From a metagenome: DNA of 7,287 nt. Below the pieces are notes generated by a model. That model did not search any database, was not told the origin of the DNA, and saw nothing but the letters and a program-made list of their open reading frames with translations. The translations under genes and the position numbers were made by a program. The stretch is taken from sequence record OGXA01005080.1; one strand, given 5' to 3'. Below, piece after piece: positions 5,390 through 7,287 of this stretch (position 1 is the first letter of the stretch; each line of letters begins with the position of its first letter).

Positions 5390-5647
5390 ATGAGCAGCCT
5401 TGAAGTAAGCGCAAATTCTTTTCTTCGTGCGCTAACGATTTATGTAGACACTCCCAGCAGCGACACAAAATTTCAGTTGCAGCGCCGTGCGAATGACTTT
5501 GTCAGAGCGGTTATTGAGCATGAGAACACCATAGAGCAGCGCGTCACGGATAACGTGCTGAGAGCCTTATCTGTCCAATTTGAAACAGGTGACGCCATCA
5601 AGCAAATTGACGGTCTAAAGAGCGCCCTTGACCGTTTGGGGGAGTAA
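5390..5647 (+). CDS. Hypothetical protein, 85 aa
   Basis: RBS AAAGGAG at 5376-5382, 7 nt before ATG 5390. The sequence is helical and charged (MSSLEVSANSFLRALTIYVDT...DGLKSALDRLGE), with TAA at 5645-5647. I recognise no motif. Confidence 0.75.
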   Translation: MSSLEVSANSFLRALTIYVDTPSSDTKFQLQRRANDFVRAVIEHENTIEQRVTDNVLRALSVQFETGDAIKQIDGLKSALDRLGE

Positions 5648-5651
5648 CGCC

Positions 5652-6152
5652 GTGCCGAATACTGTACCCAATCAAAGAGTTGTCGCCATTCACCGCGAAC
5701 ACGCCTCGTCCGACTTCCTCGGCATCAAAAATGAGCATTGGCAAGCGGCGGCACGCGATTTGGGCGCACACGCGCTCATGCTCTACCTCTATTTCGCATC
5801 CAACGCAAACGGCTACGTGTTAGCGTTGTCTCCCGCCGCCATCCGTCAGGCGGTTGGAATGGCGGCATCCACCTACCGCGACCAATTTTTGAAGCTCGTT
5901 GACAAAGGTTATCTTGTTCAGCGCGGCAGCGGCAATACATACGATTTCTATGAAACGCCGCAGCGGGAGACGCGTTTACACAATGAGAATACGTCTGTCG
6001 GCCTTGACTTTACGGCAGCCGTCCAGAAGCAAACGCAAGCCGTTCAGAATGGAACGCCTGAGGATATAGAAATAAATATAAATAATACAAATATAAAAAA
6101 TACGGGCGTGGAGAAACAAGTTTCTCCAACGCCATCCGAATTTTATTTTTAA
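5652..6152 (+). CDS. Winged-helix DNA-binding protein, replication-organizer / DnaD-N-terminal-like (function inferred), 166 aa
   Basis: GGGGGAG at 5637-5643 lies 8 nt before GTG 5652; the track ORF starts at an upstream TTG at 5628. The core WQAAARDLGAHALMLYLYFASNANGYVLALSPAAIRQAVGMAASTYRDQFLKLVDKGYLV matches the pattern of phage/ICE replisome-organizer N-terminal wHTH domains as I recall them. The C-terminal tail is low complexity (EDIEININNTNIKNTG). TAA stop at 6150-6152. Confidence 0.75.
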   Translation: MPNTVPNQRVVAIHREHASSDFLGIKNEHWQAAARDLGAHALMLYLYFASNANGYVLALSPAAIRQAVGMAASTYRDQFLKLVDKGYLVQRGSGNTYDFYETPQRETRLHNENTSVGLDFTAAVQKQTQAVQNGTPEDIEININNTNIKNTGVEKQVSPTPSEFYF

Positions 6153-6161
6153 GGAGAAAAC

Positions 6162-6374
6162 ATGTCCAAGAGTAAGAAAATGACCATTGAAGAAATGGTC
6201 GACTGTTTCCGCATTATGTTCAGTTAGGCAGTTGCAGAGCGTTCCCAAGACTACGGTGTTGTGATGGAAGAAGCATATAACCTTTGGGCGCTGCTGTATT
6301 ATGACCTTGGTATTGAATACCCACCCTACGACCTACCGCAGGGACACAGCAAAAATGAACCTTTCGTTTTTTGA
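6162..6374 (+). CDS. Hypothetical small protein interrupted by an in-frame TAG at 6225-6227. The standard-code product is only 21 aa; the read-through product is 70 aa
   Basis: Strong RBS AAGGAG at 6151-6156, 5 nt before ATG 6162. The frame reads MSKSKKMTIEEMVDCFRIMFS-TAG-AVAERSQDYGVVMEEAYNLWALLYYDLGIEYPPYDLPQGHSKNEPFVF-TGA. It stays open for 48 codons after the TAG and ends overlapping the next gene start by 20 nt. There is no RBS for an internal restart. Confidence 0.55.
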
Positions 6375-6729
6375 GCAGCGGATTTATCAATCCTTAAAGC
6401 GCAAAGGGTTAGCACCGCAATTCGAGCGTGCGGGCATTTACGCTATCCTGTTGGACGGAAAGATTGTCTACGTCGGAAAAAGCGTCAATATGCTCGCGCG
6501 CATGGCGCAGCACTACGCATAGCTTTCCCGTCCAAAAGCACACAAATATGAAATACTGGCGGAAGCGTCGCGGCGCGGTCATCGCATACGCTTTTGCGTT
6601 CTGTATGCCGCTCGCAGCACGACGCCCGCCGCAATTGAAGAAGAAATAGGTGAAAAAGAGGGCGAGTACATCCGCCGCCATCTCCCGCCGCTCAATCATC
6701 AGATTCCAAAGGCGGAAAACTGGCGATAG
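6355..6729 (+). CDS. GIY-YIG nuclease family protein split by an in-frame TAG at 6520-6522. The standard-code product ends at 6522 (55 aa)
   Basis: MNLSFFEQRIYQSLKRKGLAPQFERAGIYAILLDGKIVYVGKSVNMLARMAQHYA carries the GIY...YVGKS...R motifs. After the TAG the same frame continues LSRPKAHKYEILAEASRRGHRIRFCVLYAARSTTPAAIEEEIGEKEGEYIRRHLPPLNHQIPKAENWR. That stretch contains the E-x3-I-x4-P-x-LN part of the domain. The next stop is again TAG (6727-6729). The track ORF 6301..6522 is an upstream extension. Confidence 0.7.
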
Positions 6730-6790
6730 TTCACCACCAATCCCGCCGCACTCACAATTACATTAGGAGAAATTATAAAGGAGCATTACG

Positions 6791-7027
6791 ATGACTCAAA
6801 ACTATAATAACAATTTAACTTTATTAAAAGGAGAAACTACTATGAACGTATTTCATTTAAGCAAGAAGCAAATTAAAATTTTAAAGGGTATGTACCTGTC
6901 TGAAATGCAGCCCGATATTTCATGGGGCGAACTTGCCAATGCAGACAAAATCGTGTCAGACAAAGAAATCTATGAGCACTATGCGAATACTGTCTTCTGC
7001 GACGAAGATTTCGAGGTAGGAATGTAA
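6791..7027 (+). CDS. Hypothetical protein, 78 aa (or 61 aa from ATG 6842)
   Basis: There are two in-frame starts, each with AAAGGAG: 6777-6783 before ATG 6791 and 6827-6833 before ATG 6842. The product reads ...MNVFHLSKKQIKILKGMYLSEMQPDISWGELANADKIVSDKEIYEHYANTVFCDEDFEVGM, with TAA at 7025-7027 and then a terminator. Confidence 0.7.
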   Translation: MTQNYNNNLTLLKGETTMNVFHLSKKQIKILKGMYLSEMQPDISWGELANADKIVSDKEIYEHYANTVFCDEDFEVGM

Positions 7028-7033
7028 ACAATC

Positions 7034-7066
7034 GGGAGAGCTGCATAAAATGCGGCTCTCCCTTTG
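7034..7066 (+). terminator. Rho-independent terminator (weak T-run)
   Basis: Stem GGGAGAGC (7034-7041) pairs with GCTCTCCC (7055-7062) across a 13-nt loop, followed by TTTGCTATT. Confidence 0.5.
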
Positions 7067-7154
7067 CTATTGCGCTATCAGCGGGCAATTCGAATCAATC
7101 CAAAAGCATACTGTTTCAATAATGATGAAAATGAAACTAAAAGGAGATACCCCT

Positions 7155-7287
7155 ATGAATACAGATATGACGAACCTTTACAGATCACGCGGGATGATAC
7201 CCAATCGCTATTGGTATCAACTGAACGGGCAATCCGCACAGGCGAATTGGTTGGAGCAACGCGAGGCGATATATTCCCGCATTCAGG
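7155..7287 (+). CDS. Hypothetical protein, N-terminal fragment (continues beyond the window)
   Basis: RBS AAGGAG at 7141-7146, 8 nt before ATG 7155. MNTDMTNLYRSRGMIPNRYWYQLNGQSAQANWLEQREAIYSRIQ... is open to the window edge. Confidence 0.6.
   Translation, partial: MNTDMTNLYRSRGMIPNRYWYQLNGQSAQANWLEQREAIYSRIQ

Larger units (their letters stand above)
1852..7287. mobile_element. Partial integrated mobile element (prophage or ICE/IME-like), tRNA-fragment end; continues beyond the right edge
   Basis: There is a tRNA 3' fragment at the junction and a visible G+C drop relative to 1-1650. Gene content is mobile-element-like: a replication-organizer-like wHTH protein, a GIY-YIG nuclease, a small HTH protein, and many short overlapping ORFs. 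No integrase, relaxase or capsid gene is visible in the window, so the element class is unresolved. Confidence 0.55.

Noticed and set aside
5976-6248. 90-aa ORF on the minus strand. Also 4107..4649 (+), 4705..4920 (+), 6409..6699 (-), 6428..6649 (+) and 6873..7088 (-).
   Set aside because: All are antisense or out of frame relative to better-supported genes, lack RBSs, and have low-complexity or odd compositions.
1-7287. CRISPR arrays, IS elements with terminal inverted repeats, rRNA genes.
   Set aside because: I saw no regularly spaced direct repeats, no transposase-like ORF and no rRNA-like sequence on either strand.

Overview
All calls are read by eye from the sequence; nothing was searched or computed. 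The window looks like a Clostridia-type Firmicute, based on SLH wall-anchored proteins, AGGAGG-type ribosome binding sites (RBS) and hairpin plus T-run terminators.

The left ~1.8 kb is visibly GC-rich chromosomal DNA. It holds the 3' end of an SLH protein gene, a decayed response-regulator receiver remnant, an XRE-family HTH regulator and a Nim-like PNPOx-family gene. Each has a clean intrinsic terminator.

At 1802-1851 (minus strand) there is only the 3' portion of a tRNA-Val(CAC), from the anticodon arm through CCA, with its own terminator on the chromosomal side. Immediately to the right the G+C drops and the gene content becomes mobile-element-like. I read this as the tRNA-fragment (att direct repeat) end of an integrated element that runs off the right edge.

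Element content:
- A tightly coupled leftward operon: a 70-aa unknown protein, a 69-aa HTH protein, and an 808-aa secreted surface protein with GLUG-type repeats, His/Cys repeats and three SLH domains.
- A 457-bp structured divergent control region.
- A rightward module: an 85-aa unknown protein; a winged-helix replication-organizer-like protein with an internal AT-rich tract; a small ORF and a GIY-YIG nuclease that each carry an in-frame TAG; and two more small ORFs.

The observations most worth follow-up are the in-frame TAG pattern (decay versus amber recoding), the tRNA/att boundary, the element-borne SLH surface-protein operon, the structured leader, and a possible in-gene origin.
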